A stretch of DNA of 64,000 bases, taken from assembly GCA_964579825.1 (NCBI GenBank), contig CAZOHT010000004.1, positions 16,558-80,557 on the forward strand. Reading direction: 5' to 3'. The notes under the pieces are model-generated. The model was not told where the DNA came from, did no database searches, and was given only the letters and a program-made list of their open reading frames with translations. This DNA is from an uncultured Anaerolineaceae bacterium (GTDB taxonomy: Bacteria > Chloroflexota > Limnocylindria > Limnocylindrales > CSP1-4). The stretch's first letter is position 1, and the number at the start of each line of letters is the position of its first letter. Positions 19,753-28,514 of this stretch are shown here, one piece after another. A program made the position numbers and the translations under genes.

Positions 19753-20179
19753 TCAGGGCAGCTTGTCGGCGAGATCCCAGGCCGTGGCGGTGTCGGTCGG
19801 CCAGCGGATGACGTAGCCGGGCGGCCGGCGGTCGAGGATCGGCGTAGGCGCGGCCGCGCTCCGGGCCCAGATAACGCGAGGCGATCGCCAGACGTGCCGT
19901 GGCGCCATCGTCCGGCACGAGCTCGACCGAACCATCGACCCGGATGCCGCGGAACGGAGGTGCGGCCTCGAAGATGAGCAGGATCGCCCTCGGGTCGCGC
20001 CCGAGGTGTTCGATCTTGGAGTCGTTGCGGGCGATGACGACCTCGAACATCCCGTCGTGCCAGCGGAACCACACGGGCTATACCAGCGCTGTGCCGTCGG
20101 CGCGGTAGAGCGTGAGCGTCGCCGGCGATGGCGCATCGAACAGCTTCTGCATCGCCTCGTCCGATGCCGCGATCTTCAT
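19753..20179 (-). pseudogene. PPOX-class F420-dependent enzyme gene disrupted by an in-frame TAG and a frameshift
   Basis: MKIAASDEAMQKLF..LYRADGTALV-TAG(20078-80)-PVWFRWHDGMFEVVI... The family-typical C-terminus GYVIRWPTDTATAWDLADKLP is in a different frame (shift around 19815-19860). Confidence 0.6.
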
Positions 20180-21114
20180 CCGAGGGCCTCCCTGATCTCG
20201 CTGACCCGCTCGATCGTCTCGAGGTCGAACGGTGATCGGAAAACCAGGATGATCTCGCCGACGCCGTTGCGGCGGTAGCCGTCGAAGTACTCGGCCAGGG
20301 CCTCGGGTGGGCCACCGATCGCGAGTCCTCGCTCTCCGCCGTCGGAACCGATCCGACCCTCCAGGCCATGGATCCGCGAGATCTCGCCCCATGCGGCGTC
20401 GGCCTCGGCCGGGGTGTCGCGGATGACGGCATGGGTCGTCACGGTGCGTTCGATGTCCTCGAACCGCCGATCCTCCTCGGCGCATCGCTGGGCGAGGATC
20501 TCGCTCGTCGCGGCGATCCGCTCTGGCGTGCCGTAGGCGTTCCACAGGTCGGCGTACTTCGCGGTCGTCCGCAGCGTCTTGGTCGGCCCGGAGCCGCCGA
20601 TCAGGATGGGGAGTCGGCGCTGGACCGGCCGCGGTTCGCAGACCGCGTCGCGCATCGTGTAGAAGCGTCCCTCGTGGGTCACCGTCTCGCCGTCGAGCAG
20701 CCGGCGGATCAGCCCGACCGCTTCGTCGAGCCGGTCGAGCCGCTCGCCGAAACCGGAGCCGAAGTCCAGCCCGAACGCGTCATGCTCGCGCTCGAACCAG
20801 CCGCCCCCGATACCCAGCACCACTCGGCCGTTCGAGAGTTGATCCACGGTCGTCGCGAGCTTGGCGGTCAGGCCCGGGTTCCGGAACGTGTTGGCCCCGA
20901 CCAGCAACCCGAGGCGGACCTTATCGGTCAGGACAGCCAGGGCGGCCAGCGTCGTCCAGCCCTCGAGCTTGGCGTCGCGTGAGTCGCCCTCGTCGGCCAG
21001 CAGGTGGTCGTCGACCCAGAGCGAGTCCCAGCCGGCGACTTCGACCGCCCGACAAGCCGCCAGCAGTTCCGTCCAGGACGTCCGATTGATCCAGAAGGCT
21101 GCCCCGAATCGCAC
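20176..21114 (-). CDS. LLM-class F420-dependent (luciferase-like) oxidoreductase
   Basis: VRFGAAFWINRTSW..WDSLWVDDHL..LGIGGGWFEREHDAFG. GTG 21114 lies 8 nt after the upstream stop; the 5' part of track ORF 20176..21552 is shadow. Confidence 0.8.
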   Translation of the reverse strand: MRFGAAFWINRTSWTELLAACRAVEVAGWDSLWVDDHLLADEGDSRDAKLEGWTTLAALAVLTDKVRLGLLVGANTFRNPGLTAKLATTVDQLSNGRVVLGIGGGWFEREHDAFGLDFGSGFGERLDRLDEAVGLIRRLLDGETVTHEGRFYTMRDAVCEPRPVQRRLPILIGGSGPTKTLRTTAKYADLWNAYGTPERIAATSEILAQRCAEEDRRFEDIERTVTTHAVIRDTPAEADAAWGEISRIHGLEGRIGSDGGERGLAIGGPPEALAEYFDGYRRNGVGEIILVFRSPFDLETIERVSEIREALG

Positions 21115-21122
21115 GCTCGCGC

Positions 21123-21842
21123 TCAGGCCTGGATCGTGTCGAGGAAGCGGAAGACCGGCATCCCGGCAGCGTACGCGTCCGCGAGCGTGTCCGGAAGCGA
21201 CGGCGACAGCACCTCGTCGTCCGAGAGGTGGCGACCGAAGACGACGTCCTTGTAGCGCAGCAGGTCCGCCATGGGGTGATCCGGTGGAAAGCCCGGCGGC
21301 ACCCGCTTGAGGTGCTCGTGCGCGCTGACCGATCCGAAGGCCGCCACGAATCCGGGCTCCTCGAGTGCCGCTCGCACGCGGTCCGGCTCGTCGACGACGG
21401 CTCGCCGGAAGGCGTCGAGACGGGCCTTCTCGGGCATCCACATCCCACCACCGACGTACATCTCGCCCGGCTGGAAGTTGAAGTAGCCGCCATTCGCATG
21501 GGCCATGCCCTCCGCGACGACCGGCTGGCCATCGGGGCCGAGCCGTAGCCACGGGAAGCTCGCGCCCAGGTTCGTCTTGTACGGCGACTTGTCCTTGGCG
21601 AAGCGGGTGTCGCGGTAGATCCGGAAGATCGAGCGCTTCGGGTCCGCCTGGAGCGGGATGTCACGATCGGCGAGCCGCTCGGCGAGGGCGGCGACCAGGG
21701 CCTCCATCGGCGCCTTCAAGAGGCGTTCGTACTCGGCCTTGCGCGGGTTGAACCACTCGCGGTCGTTGTTCATCGCGAGTTCGGCCAGGAAGTCGACGGC
21801 GTCGGGTTCGAAGCCGGTGAAGGTGGGTGTCGCGATCGCCAT
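21123..21842 (-). CDS. DUF2461 (TIGR02453) family protein
   Basis: 239 aa; FLAELAMNNDREWF..KAEYE..FRIYRDTRFAKDKSPYKT. Confidence 0.8.
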   Translation of the reverse strand: MAIATPTFTGFEPDAVDFLAELAMNNDREWFNPRKAEYERLLKAPMEALVAALAERLADRDIPLQADPKRSIFRIYRDTRFAKDKSPYKTNLGASFPWLRLGPDGQPVVAEGMAHANGGYFNFQPGEMYVGGGMWMPEKARLDAFRRAVVDEPDRVRAALEEPGFVAAFGSVSAHEHLKRVPPGFPPDHPMADLLRYKDVVFGRHLSDDEVLSPSLPDTLADAYAAGMPVFRFLDTIQA

Positions 21843-21879
21843 CCGTGGCCTCCAGTACGTGGGGCCCGAATGTACGCCG

Positions 21880-22848
21880 ATGCGCTTACCGCGTCATCAC
21901 GCGGCCATCACCCCGCCTATCCTGTCGCTCGTGCCCCGCTCCGCGTCTGCCCTCGCCCCGGTCTCGGCCGAAGTGCGCGAGGCGATCCTGACTTGGTATG
22001 CCGCTCGTGGACGGACACTGCCCTTCCGGGACACGACCGATCCGTACGCGATCTTGGTCTCCGAAGCCATGGCCCAGCAGACGCAGGCGGCGCGGGCCGG
22101 CGAGGCATGGACCCGGTTCATGGCATCGTTCCCGACGGTCCAGGCGCTCGCCGAAGCCCCGACGGCCGACGTCCTCCGCGCGTGGCAGGGCCTCGGCTAC
22201 AACCGACGGGCAGTGAACCTCCAGCGGGCGGCCCGCGTCATCGTCGAGGAGCACGGCGGCCAGGTTCCGTCCGACCTCGCCAGCCTGGAGTCGCTGCCGG
22301 GTGTCGGGCCGTACACGGCCAGGGCGATCGCGGCGCTCGCGTTCGGGCTGTCGGTCGGGGCGGTCGACACGAATGTCCGCCGCGTGCTCGGCCGGATCGT
22401 CGCCGGTGGGGTTGGCGTGCTCGACGCTCCCACGCTCCAACGGGTGGCGGATGCGTCCGTGCCACCCGACCGCCCCGGGTTCTGGACGCACGCGCTGATG
22501 GACATCGGGGCGACGCTGTGCAAGCCGCGCACGCCACAGTGCGAGGCCTGTCCCGCGCGACCGTGGTGCCGGTATGCCACCCATGGCGCAGGCGACCGCC
22601 CGCCGGCTCCGAACCGGCGCGCCACCCGCGAGTCAGCCGCCCCGTTCACGAGCACCTCGCGCTGGTTGCGCGGCAGGATCGTCGAGCGGCTCCGTGCCGC
22701 CCGTAACGGTGCGTGGGTCGTCGTCCAGGCACCCATCGGCGAGCATGACCAGGACGCTGTGGATCGAGCACTCGATGCGCTGGCGCGCGACGGGGTCATC
22801 GAGTCGAAGGGGTCGAACGACGCCCGACGCGCTCGCCTCCCGACATGA
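21880..22848 (+). CDS. mutY: A/G-specific adenine DNA glycosylase (MutY/HhH-GPD family)
   Basis: PYAILVSEAMAQQTQ, GLGYNRRA, LPGVGPYTA and the 4Fe-4S loop CKPRTPQCEACPARPWC. The start could also be GTG 21931. The C-terminal region does not look like a classical NUDIX-type MutY domain. Confidence 0.75.
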   Translation: MRLPRHHAAITPPILSLVPRSASALAPVSAEVREAILTWYAARGRTLPFRDTTDPYAILVSEAMAQQTQAARAGEAWTRFMASFPTVQALAEAPTADVLRAWQGLGYNRRAVNLQRAARVIVEEHGGQVPSDLASLESLPGVGPYTARAIAALAFGLSVGAVDTNVRRVLGRIVAGGVGVLDAPTLQRVADASVPPDRPGFWTHALMDIGATLCKPRTPQCEACPARPWCRYATHGAGDRPPAPNRRATRESAAPFTSTSRWLRGRIVERLRAARNGAWVVVQAPIGEHDQDAVDRALDALARDGVIESKGSNDARRARLPT

Positions 22849-23684
22849 CCGGGCGGGTCGGCTACGCTTCGGATGCGATGCCCACGACCATCAGACCGTC
22901 CGCCTCGGACGCCGCCGTCCCGCTGCCCGCGGATGACCCGTCCATCTTCGAGATGGACCTCCGCGGACTTCGAGCGCGGTGGGCCGCCCAGGCGGCCCTG
23001 CCGGCCATCTCCGCGGAGACGATGGTGGGTGCCGACGCCCGCGCCCAGGCGCTCGGGTTCCCCCAGGATCGACTCATGGAGCATGCCGGGACCGCGGTGG
23101 CAGCAGCCGTCCGGGCGCTCGCCGTGGACCTCGATCGATGGGGGACCGGCCCCATCGTCATCCTGTGCGGGCCCGGCAACAACGGCGGCGACGGGTATGT
23201 GGCGGCCCGTCGGCTCGCGCTCGCCGGAGCACACGTCATCGTCGCGGTCGTGGCCACCGACATGCACCCGACCGGAGCGTCCGGCAAGAACTGGGATCGG
23301 ATCGCGCGCGACACCGGCATCGCCAAGGTCCACATGCCCGTACCGCGCGACATCGCCATCTTCGGCAGGGACATTGCGAAGGCCGCAGTCGTGGTGGATG
23401 CGCTCCTTGGTACCGGCGTCCACGGCGCGCTTCGACAACCGATCCGGGCCGCGGTCGAGCTGATCGCCACCGCCCGGGCGGCCGGCGTCCCGATCGTCGC
23501 GGTGGACACGCCGACCGCACTGGACCTCTCGAGTGGCGAGCCGTCCGATCCAGTGGTCCATGCCGACCTCACCGTGACCTTCCATCGGGCCAAGACGGGC
23601 CTCGTCACCCGTCAGGGCGCCGCCTACGCGGGTCGCGTCCTCGTCGCGCCCATCGGCATCCCGGCGGGAGCGGATCGTGGCTGA
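22845..23684 (+). CDS. nnrE: NAD(P)H-hydrate epimerase (YjeF N-terminal domain)
   Basis: CGPGNNGGDGYVAARRL motif. ATGA overlap with mutY. Confidence 0.8.
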   Translation: MTGRVGYASDAMPTTIRPSASDAAVPLPADDPSIFEMDLRGLRARWAAQAALPAISAETMVGADARAQALGFPQDRLMEHAGTAVAAAVRALAVDLDRWGTGPIVILCGPGNNGGDGYVAARRLALAGAHVIVAVVATDMHPTGASGKNWDRIARDTGIAKVHMPVPRDIAIFGRDIAKAAVVVDALLGTGVHGALRQPIRAAVELIATARAAGVPIVAVDTPTALDLSSGEPSDPVVHADLTVTFHRAKTGLVTRQGAAYAGRVLVAPIGIPAGADRG

Positions 23685-23907
23685 ACCGGTCTCGAGCGGA
23701 CGGCAGCCGGGCTGGCGGGAGGTCCTGCTGGTCGCGATCGTCGTCGTCGGGGTCGTCCTGGGCCTGGCCGCGGCCACCAGCGTCCTGCCGACCCAGGTCC
23801 AGGAGGTCGTGTTCCACACGCCCCTGCTCATCCTCGTGTTGATCGTCGGGACCGGCTACTGGCTGTGGCGCGTCTCCAGGCGCCAGAGCGGCCCGCGCGA
23901 GCCATGA
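23677..23907 (+). CDS. Small two-TM membrane protein
   Basis: 76 aa with high third-position GC. It overlaps the nnrE stop by 8 nt and the glpD start by ATGA. Confidence 0.6.
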   Translation: MAEPVSSGRQPGWREVLLVAIVVVGVVLGLAAATSVLPTQVQEVVFHTPLLILVLIVGTGYWLWRVSRRQSGPREP

Positions 23908-25556
23908 CGGACGGCCCGCAAGGCATCCTCGATCGACGGGCGGCGGATGTCTCCACCCTGACCGGCGAGACGTGGGACCTCGTCATCGTCGGCGGCGGCA
24001 TCGTCGGGACAGGGGCGCTCCTCGATGCCGTGTCCCGCGGGATGCGGGTCGCGCTCATCGAACAGGACGACATCGCCGCAGGTACGTCCTCGCGCTCGTC
24101 GAGGCTGATCCACGGCGGGCTCCGCTACCTGGAGCAGTTCCGGTTCGGGCTCGTTCGCCAGGCGCTTGCCGAGCGATCCCGGTTGCTCGATCTCGCGCCG
24201 CACCTCGTCCGCATCGAACCGCTCCTGTTCCCGATCTACGGCACCCCGTACCTGTCGAAGGCGTTCTACGACATCGGCTTGACCCTCTACGACGTGCTCG
24301 GAGCACGGCATGACGGCGGCTGGCACCGACGACTCTCGAAGTCGGCCACGCTGGACATGGCCCCGACCCTGCGGCAGGAGGGCCTGCGTGGAGGCCTCGT
24401 CTATCACGACGGGGTGGAGGACGACGCCCGGTTCACGCTGGCCGTGGCTCGGACGGCCGTGGCCGCCGGCGCGGTCGCTGCCACCCGGGTCCGTGCCACC
24501 GGCGTTCGGACGGATCCGCGCAGCGGCGTGCTGGACACGCTCCTGGCCACGGACCTGCTGACCGGCACGGACCTCGAGATCCGGACGCGATCCGTCGTGG
24601 ATGCGACCGGCGTGTGGGCCGCCGAGGCCGATCATCCGCTCGGCAGCGGCGCGACGCGGATCCTGCCCAGCCGCGGCGCCCATCTGGTCGTCCCACGCGA
24701 GCGCATCCCGAACAAGGCCGGCCTGACGATCCGCGTGCCGGGCAAGATCGTGTTCCTCGTCCCGTGGCCGGATCACTGGCTCATCGGCACCACCGACGCG
24801 CCGTTCGAAGGCCCGGCCGAGCACCCGGCTGCGGGCGGTTGGGAGGTCCGACACCTCCTCGACACGGTCAACGCGACGATGGACGTCGATCTGACCCGGG
24901 CCGATGTCGTCGGCACGTTCGCCGGCTTGCGGCCGCTCATCGCGCCATCCGACGGCTCGACGGTCAAGGCGTCACGCGAGCACCGGGTCACCGTCGAGTC
25001 GAACGGGGTCGTCCGCATCGCCGGTGGCAAGTACACGACGTATCGGGTCATGGCGAGCGATGTGATCGATGCGGTCCTCGGCGGCGAGGCGAAGGCCCGG
25101 CCGAGTCGGACGAGCGACTGGCGACTCATCGGGGCGGCCGACGCGGACACCCGGGCCCAGCTCGTCGCGGAGCTGATGACGATCCCCGCGATGGCGGCCC
25201 TCGGGGCGGACGTGGCCGTCCGACTCGTCGACCGGCACGGGACCGAGGCACCGGGCGTCGTCGCGCTCGGGGCGGACCTCGGGTTGCTGCACCGGCTCGT
25301 CCCGGATCGCGTCTTCCTCGAAGCCGAGATCGCCTGGGCCGTCCGCCATGAGTCGGCCCTGTCGCTCGACGACGCCCTGGCCCGTCGGACGCGGCTCGCC
25401 CAGGAACTGCCGGATCGCGGGGCGGCAGTCGCTCCGCGGGTCGCGGCGATCATGGGCGCCGATCTCGGCTGGGGCGAGACGCGCCAGGCCCGTGAGGTCG
25501 AGCAGTATCTGGCGACGGCCCGGCGCGAGTTCTCGGTGGACCAGACCGGGCCGTAG
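23904..25556 (+). CDS. glpD: FAD-dependent glycerol-3-phosphate dehydrogenase
   Basis: DLVIVGGGIVGTGALLDA..GTSSRSSRLIHGGLRYLEQ. ATG 23904 lies within track ORF 23865..25556. Confidence 0.85.
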   Translation: MTDGPQGILDRRAADVSTLTGETWDLVIVGGGIVGTGALLDAVSRGMRVALIEQDDIAAGTSSRSSRLIHGGLRYLEQFRFGLVRQALAERSRLLDLAPHLVRIEPLLFPIYGTPYLSKAFYDIGLTLYDVLGARHDGGWHRRLSKSATLDMAPTLRQEGLRGGLVYHDGVEDDARFTLAVARTAVAAGAVAATRVRATGVRTDPRSGVLDTLLATDLLTGTDLEIRTRSVVDATGVWAAEADHPLGSGATRILPSRGAHLVVPRERIPNKAGLTIRVPGKIVFLVPWPDHWLIGTTDAPFEGPAEHPAAGGWEVRHLLDTVNATMDVDLTRADVVGTFAGLRPLIAPSDGSTVKASREHRVTVESNGVVRIAGGKYTTYRVMASDVIDAVLGGEAKARPSRTSDWRLIGAADADTRAQLVAELMTIPAMAALGADVAVRLVDRHGTEAPGVVALGADLGLLHRLVPDRVFLEAEIAWAVRHESALSLDDALARRTRLAQELPDRGAAVAPRVAAIMGADLGWGETRQAREVEQYLATARREFSVDQTGP

Positions 25557-25624
25557 CCGCCGGGAGATCCACACGTCGGGCGGCGTCATCGGACCGTCAC
25601 GCTGGACCTGCAGGCTTCCCGACC

Positions 25625-26347
25625 ATGACGTTCATCGCTGCCTTCGACGCCGGCCTGACCGGACTCGTCTACGACCTTCGTCTCCCGATCGCGTTGGCGA
25701 CTGCCGTGATCGCCGTCATCGCGACGATCGTGGCGCACCGGCTCGGCTGGTTCGCGGCGGCGCGGCGGCACCCGACTCGCGCCGCGGCGCTGGCCGTCGT
25801 CGTCCTGGTCGCGGCCCTGCCGATCGGCTTCTACACGATCTCGCCAATCTTCATCCGTTCGACCCTCGTCGAGGACGCCCCGGTGGCCGTCGCGGATGTC
25901 TCGCAGTCAGCCGGTCCCTCGGCGACACCAGCGGCTCCGACCAGCCCCGCCCCGACGAACCCGCCGAGCGTCTCGGCGTCCCCGACTCCAGCGCCGACTC
26001 CGACGCCATTCGCGCCGTCGACCATCGCGTCCGGCGCCTTCTCCGGCACCGATGACTTCCACTACGGGTCCGGGACCGCCTCGATCATCGAAACGGCCCC
26101 CGGGCGGTATGCGCTCAGGCTGGAGGACTTCTCGGTTCGCAACGGGCCAGATCTGTTCGTCTACCTATCACCCCTCGCTGACGGGTATGCCGACGGCGCC
26201 CAGGAGCTCGGACGATTGAAGGCGACCGACGGCTCGTTCAACTACGAGATCCCGCCCGGGACGGACCCGGCCGAGTTCGCCAGCGCGATCATCTGGTGCA
26301 AGCAGTTCGCCCACCTCTTCGCGGTCGCGCCGTTCGTCGCCGACTGA
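25625..26347 (+). CDS. Membrane-anchored DM13 domain protein
   Basis: N-terminal TM helices, a Pro/Thr/Ser linker, then GAFSGTDDFHYGSGTASI..LRLEDFSVRNGPDLFVYLS, typical of DM13. Confidence 0.75.
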   Translation: MTFIAAFDAGLTGLVYDLRLPIALATAVIAVIATIVAHRLGWFAAARRHPTRAAALAVVVLVAALPIGFYTISPIFIRSTLVEDAPVAVADVSQSAGPSATPAAPTSPAPTNPPSVSASPTPAPTPTPFAPSTIASGAFSGTDDFHYGSGTASIIETAPGRYALRLEDFSVRNGPDLFVYLSPLADGYADGAQELGRLKATDGSFNYEIPPGTDPAEFASAIIWCKQFAHLFAVAPFVAD

Positions 26348-26553
26348 CGCTTTGGGTGGAGGTCCGTTGAGCGTGCAACGAGCGTGGATTCAGGGCTATG
26401 CAACGCTCATACGAGCGCGTATCCTCCCGCCACAAAACGCCGCGGACGGGTCCGTGGCTGCATAGCCGAAGCTCGACACACTCGGACTCCTCTCACGGCT
26501 GACGCGAGAAAACCGAAGCGATCGCGCCGGCTGCCGAGAGGAGTTTCGTCTTC

Positions 26554-26937
26554 GTGTACAGCGACAAGAACCTGATGTGTGCGGACTGCGGCCAGGAGTT
26601 CGTGTTCACGGCCTCCGAGCAGGACTTCTACGCGCAGCGCGGCTTCACCGAACCCCGCCGATGTGCCTCCTGCCGGGCCAGCCGCAAGGCGGCCCGCAAC
26701 GCCGAGGGCGGCGGTAGCAGCTCGTACGGTGGATACGGCGCGGGCGGCGGCTACTCGGCCGGTGGCTCGAGCTATGGCGGCGGCGGTGGCGGCGGTTACG
26801 GCTCGCGCGACCGAGGCCCTCGCGAGATGTTCGAGGCCACGTGCTCCTCGTGCGGCAACGTCGCCCAGGTCCCGTTCAAGCCCACGAGCGGCAAGCCCGT
26901 CTACTGCAGCGACTGCTTCCGCAGCATGCGGGGCTAG
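26554..26937 (+). CDS. Double zinc-ribbon protein with central Gly/Tyr/Ser-rich low-complexity linker
   Basis: CADC-x24-CASC and CSSC-x17-CSDC flank GGGSSSYGGYGAGGGYSAGGSSYGGGGGGGYG. GTG start is preceded by GAGAGGAG. Confidence 0.8.
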   Translation: MYSDKNLMCADCGQEFVFTASEQDFYAQRGFTEPRRCASCRASRKAARNAEGGGSSSYGGYGAGGGYSAGGSSYGGGGGGGYGSRDRGPREMFEATCSSCGNVAQVPFKPTSGKPVYCSDCFRSMRG

Positions 26938-26981
26938 GTCCTTTCTCGGCCGGCGTCACCGACCACATCCTCGCCACCAGC

Positions 26982-27018
26982 CGATCCGGGTCGTCAGCCG
27001 ACCCGGATCGTTCGATTC
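26982..27018 (+). terminator. Intrinsic terminator after the zinc-ribbon gene
   Basis: Perfect 12-bp stem CGATCCGGGTCG (26982-93) / CGACCCGGATCG (26999-27010), 5-nt loop, followed by TTCGATT. Confidence 0.6.
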
Positions 27019-27203
27019 CAGCGTTCCTCGCGCGGCGACATCACGGGGAACGGCGCCCGCCAACAGCGATTCGACGGTCGTTCCAACCAAGCGACATCAA
27101 CTGCACGTGGGACTCGAGGGTCTATCGTGGCCGCGATGTGGTTCTCAGGTCGCTCGATGAGGTCAAGGGTGGCGAGGCTCGGGGTCGCGGCTTTCGTCAT
27201 GGC

Positions 27204-27539
27204 ATGCGGTGGATGCGGACCGATGGAGACCCCGCTTCCATCCGACGCGTCCGGATCCTGCTCGTGGACCCGGAGCCGGGCACGGTCGGGTGTCTGGCGA
27301 ATGTGATCGAGGGCGGCCTGGTTCCGGACTCGGCCGCTGGCGTGGCCATCGAGGCAGCCGGGCAGCACCTGCCGATCCACTGGCCTGCCGGCTACGCGGG
27401 CCGTCGGGACGGTGGCATCGTCGTGATCCTCGATCCGAGCGGACAGATCGTGGCCCGAACCGGAACGCATATCGACCTCAACGGCGGCGAGTCCGAGCGG
27501 GGCGTCTGGATCGCATGTCCGATCACGCCTGGCTCGTGA
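27204..27539 (+). CDS. Hypothetical protein (possibly the frameshifted body of a lipoprotein gene)
   Basis: High third-position GC in this frame from about 27200 to the stop at 27539. A lipoprotein signal (MRSRVARLGVAAFVMAC) starts at 27157 in a different frame. The track start 26841 is implausible because it crosses the zinc-ribbon gene and its terminator. Confidence 0.4.
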   Translation: MRWMRTDGDPASIRRVRILLVDPEPGTVGCLANVIEGGLVPDSAAGVAIEAAGQHLPIHWPAGYAGRRDGGIVVILDPSGQIVARTGTHIDLNGGESERGVWIACPITPGS

Positions 27540-27643
27540 GGCTCCAGGGCGGACTTCGATGGTTTCGCTTGATCGGAACGATCTCGAAGATCGACTTCTG
27601 GCGGGGATCGATCCCGGAGGTCGAGACGGTGAAGGACCCTGGA

Positions 27644-28291
27644 CTACGGCGCTGGCCGCTTACCTGCCAGCAGGCCCAGGTCGAACTTGCGCTCCGTGCC
27701 GTGGATCAGACGGTCGATGTTGTCGGCATGGGCCAGCCAGATGAAGGCGGCGCCGACGGCCGCATACAGCACGTAGGGGAGCGGGGTCTCCGGCACGACC
27801 AGGAGCACCAGCAGCATCGCGGGGAACATCGCCGCCGACCCCAGCAGGGACCCCAGCGACACGTACTTGGTCAACAGGATCACGCCCACGAAGACGGGTG
27901 CGGCGAGCAGCACCGCGATCGGCTGGATGACGAGCATCGTCCCGACCGCCGTGCCGACACCCCGACCGGACCGGAAGCCCGCGAAGATGGACCAGATGGC
28001 GCCGGCGACGGCGGAGGCCCCGCACAGGACCTCGACCGTCGGGTCGTCGGTGAGGATCCGAGCCATGACCACGGGGAGTGCCCCCTTCAGGAGATCCCCG
28101 ACGACGACGACCGCAGCCCACTTGCGACCCAGGGCCCGCAGCGCGTTCGTCCCGCCGGTCCGCCCGGACCCGACGGTCCGCGGATCCGTCCCGTGCGCGA
28201 CCCGGGCCACGATGACCCCGACCGGGATCGACCCCGCCAGGTACGACACCGCCATCAGCACGATCGTCTGGAGCACGAGGGCCTGATCCAT
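27644..28291 (-). CDS. plsY: Glycerol-3-phosphate acyltransferase PlsY
   Basis: 215 aa, polytopic, GSGRTGGTNALRALG motif. Confidence 0.9.
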   Translation of the reverse strand: MDQALVLQTIVLMAVSYLAGSIPVGVIVARVAHGTDPRTVGSGRTGGTNALRALGRKWAAVVVVGDLLKGALPVVMARILTDDPTVEVLCGASAVAGAIWSIFAGFRSGRGVGTAVGTMLVIQPIAVLLAAPVFVGVILLTKYVSLGSLLGSAAMFPAMLLVLLVVPETPLPYVLYAAVGAAFIWLAHADNIDRLIHGTERKFDLGLLAGKRPAP

Positions 28292-28514
28292 CGACTCGCT
28301 CCGACTCGGGTCCCGGGTCCACGATGTCGCCCGGCTGCCTGAGGTCGGAGTCTAGCACCGGGTGCGGCGCTGTCAGGGCGCCGGCTCCGAGCGCGACGAC
28401 GGGCGGCGACCCGCCCCATCGGTTGCGCGGGCCGCGACGGCACGCGTACCATCGACGGCGATGACCCCTCCCTCCGTCCGACCTGTGGTCGACACGCCCG
28501 AGGCACCCTGACCC

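Noticed and set aside
20078-20080. In-frame TAG as pyrrolysine or programmed read-through
   Set aside because: The same gene also has a frameshift, and no pyl genes or PYLIS-like context are visible. A pseudogene or assembly error is more parsimonious.
18369-20432. 687-aa minus-strand ORF spanning the DUF4132 gene end and the PPOX/LLM region
   Set aside because: It crosses several independently supported genes on both strands and has shadow-frame composition.
26841-27203. 5' extension of ORF 26841..27539
   Set aside because: It would run through the zinc-ribbon gene in another frame and through its 12-bp terminator hairpin.
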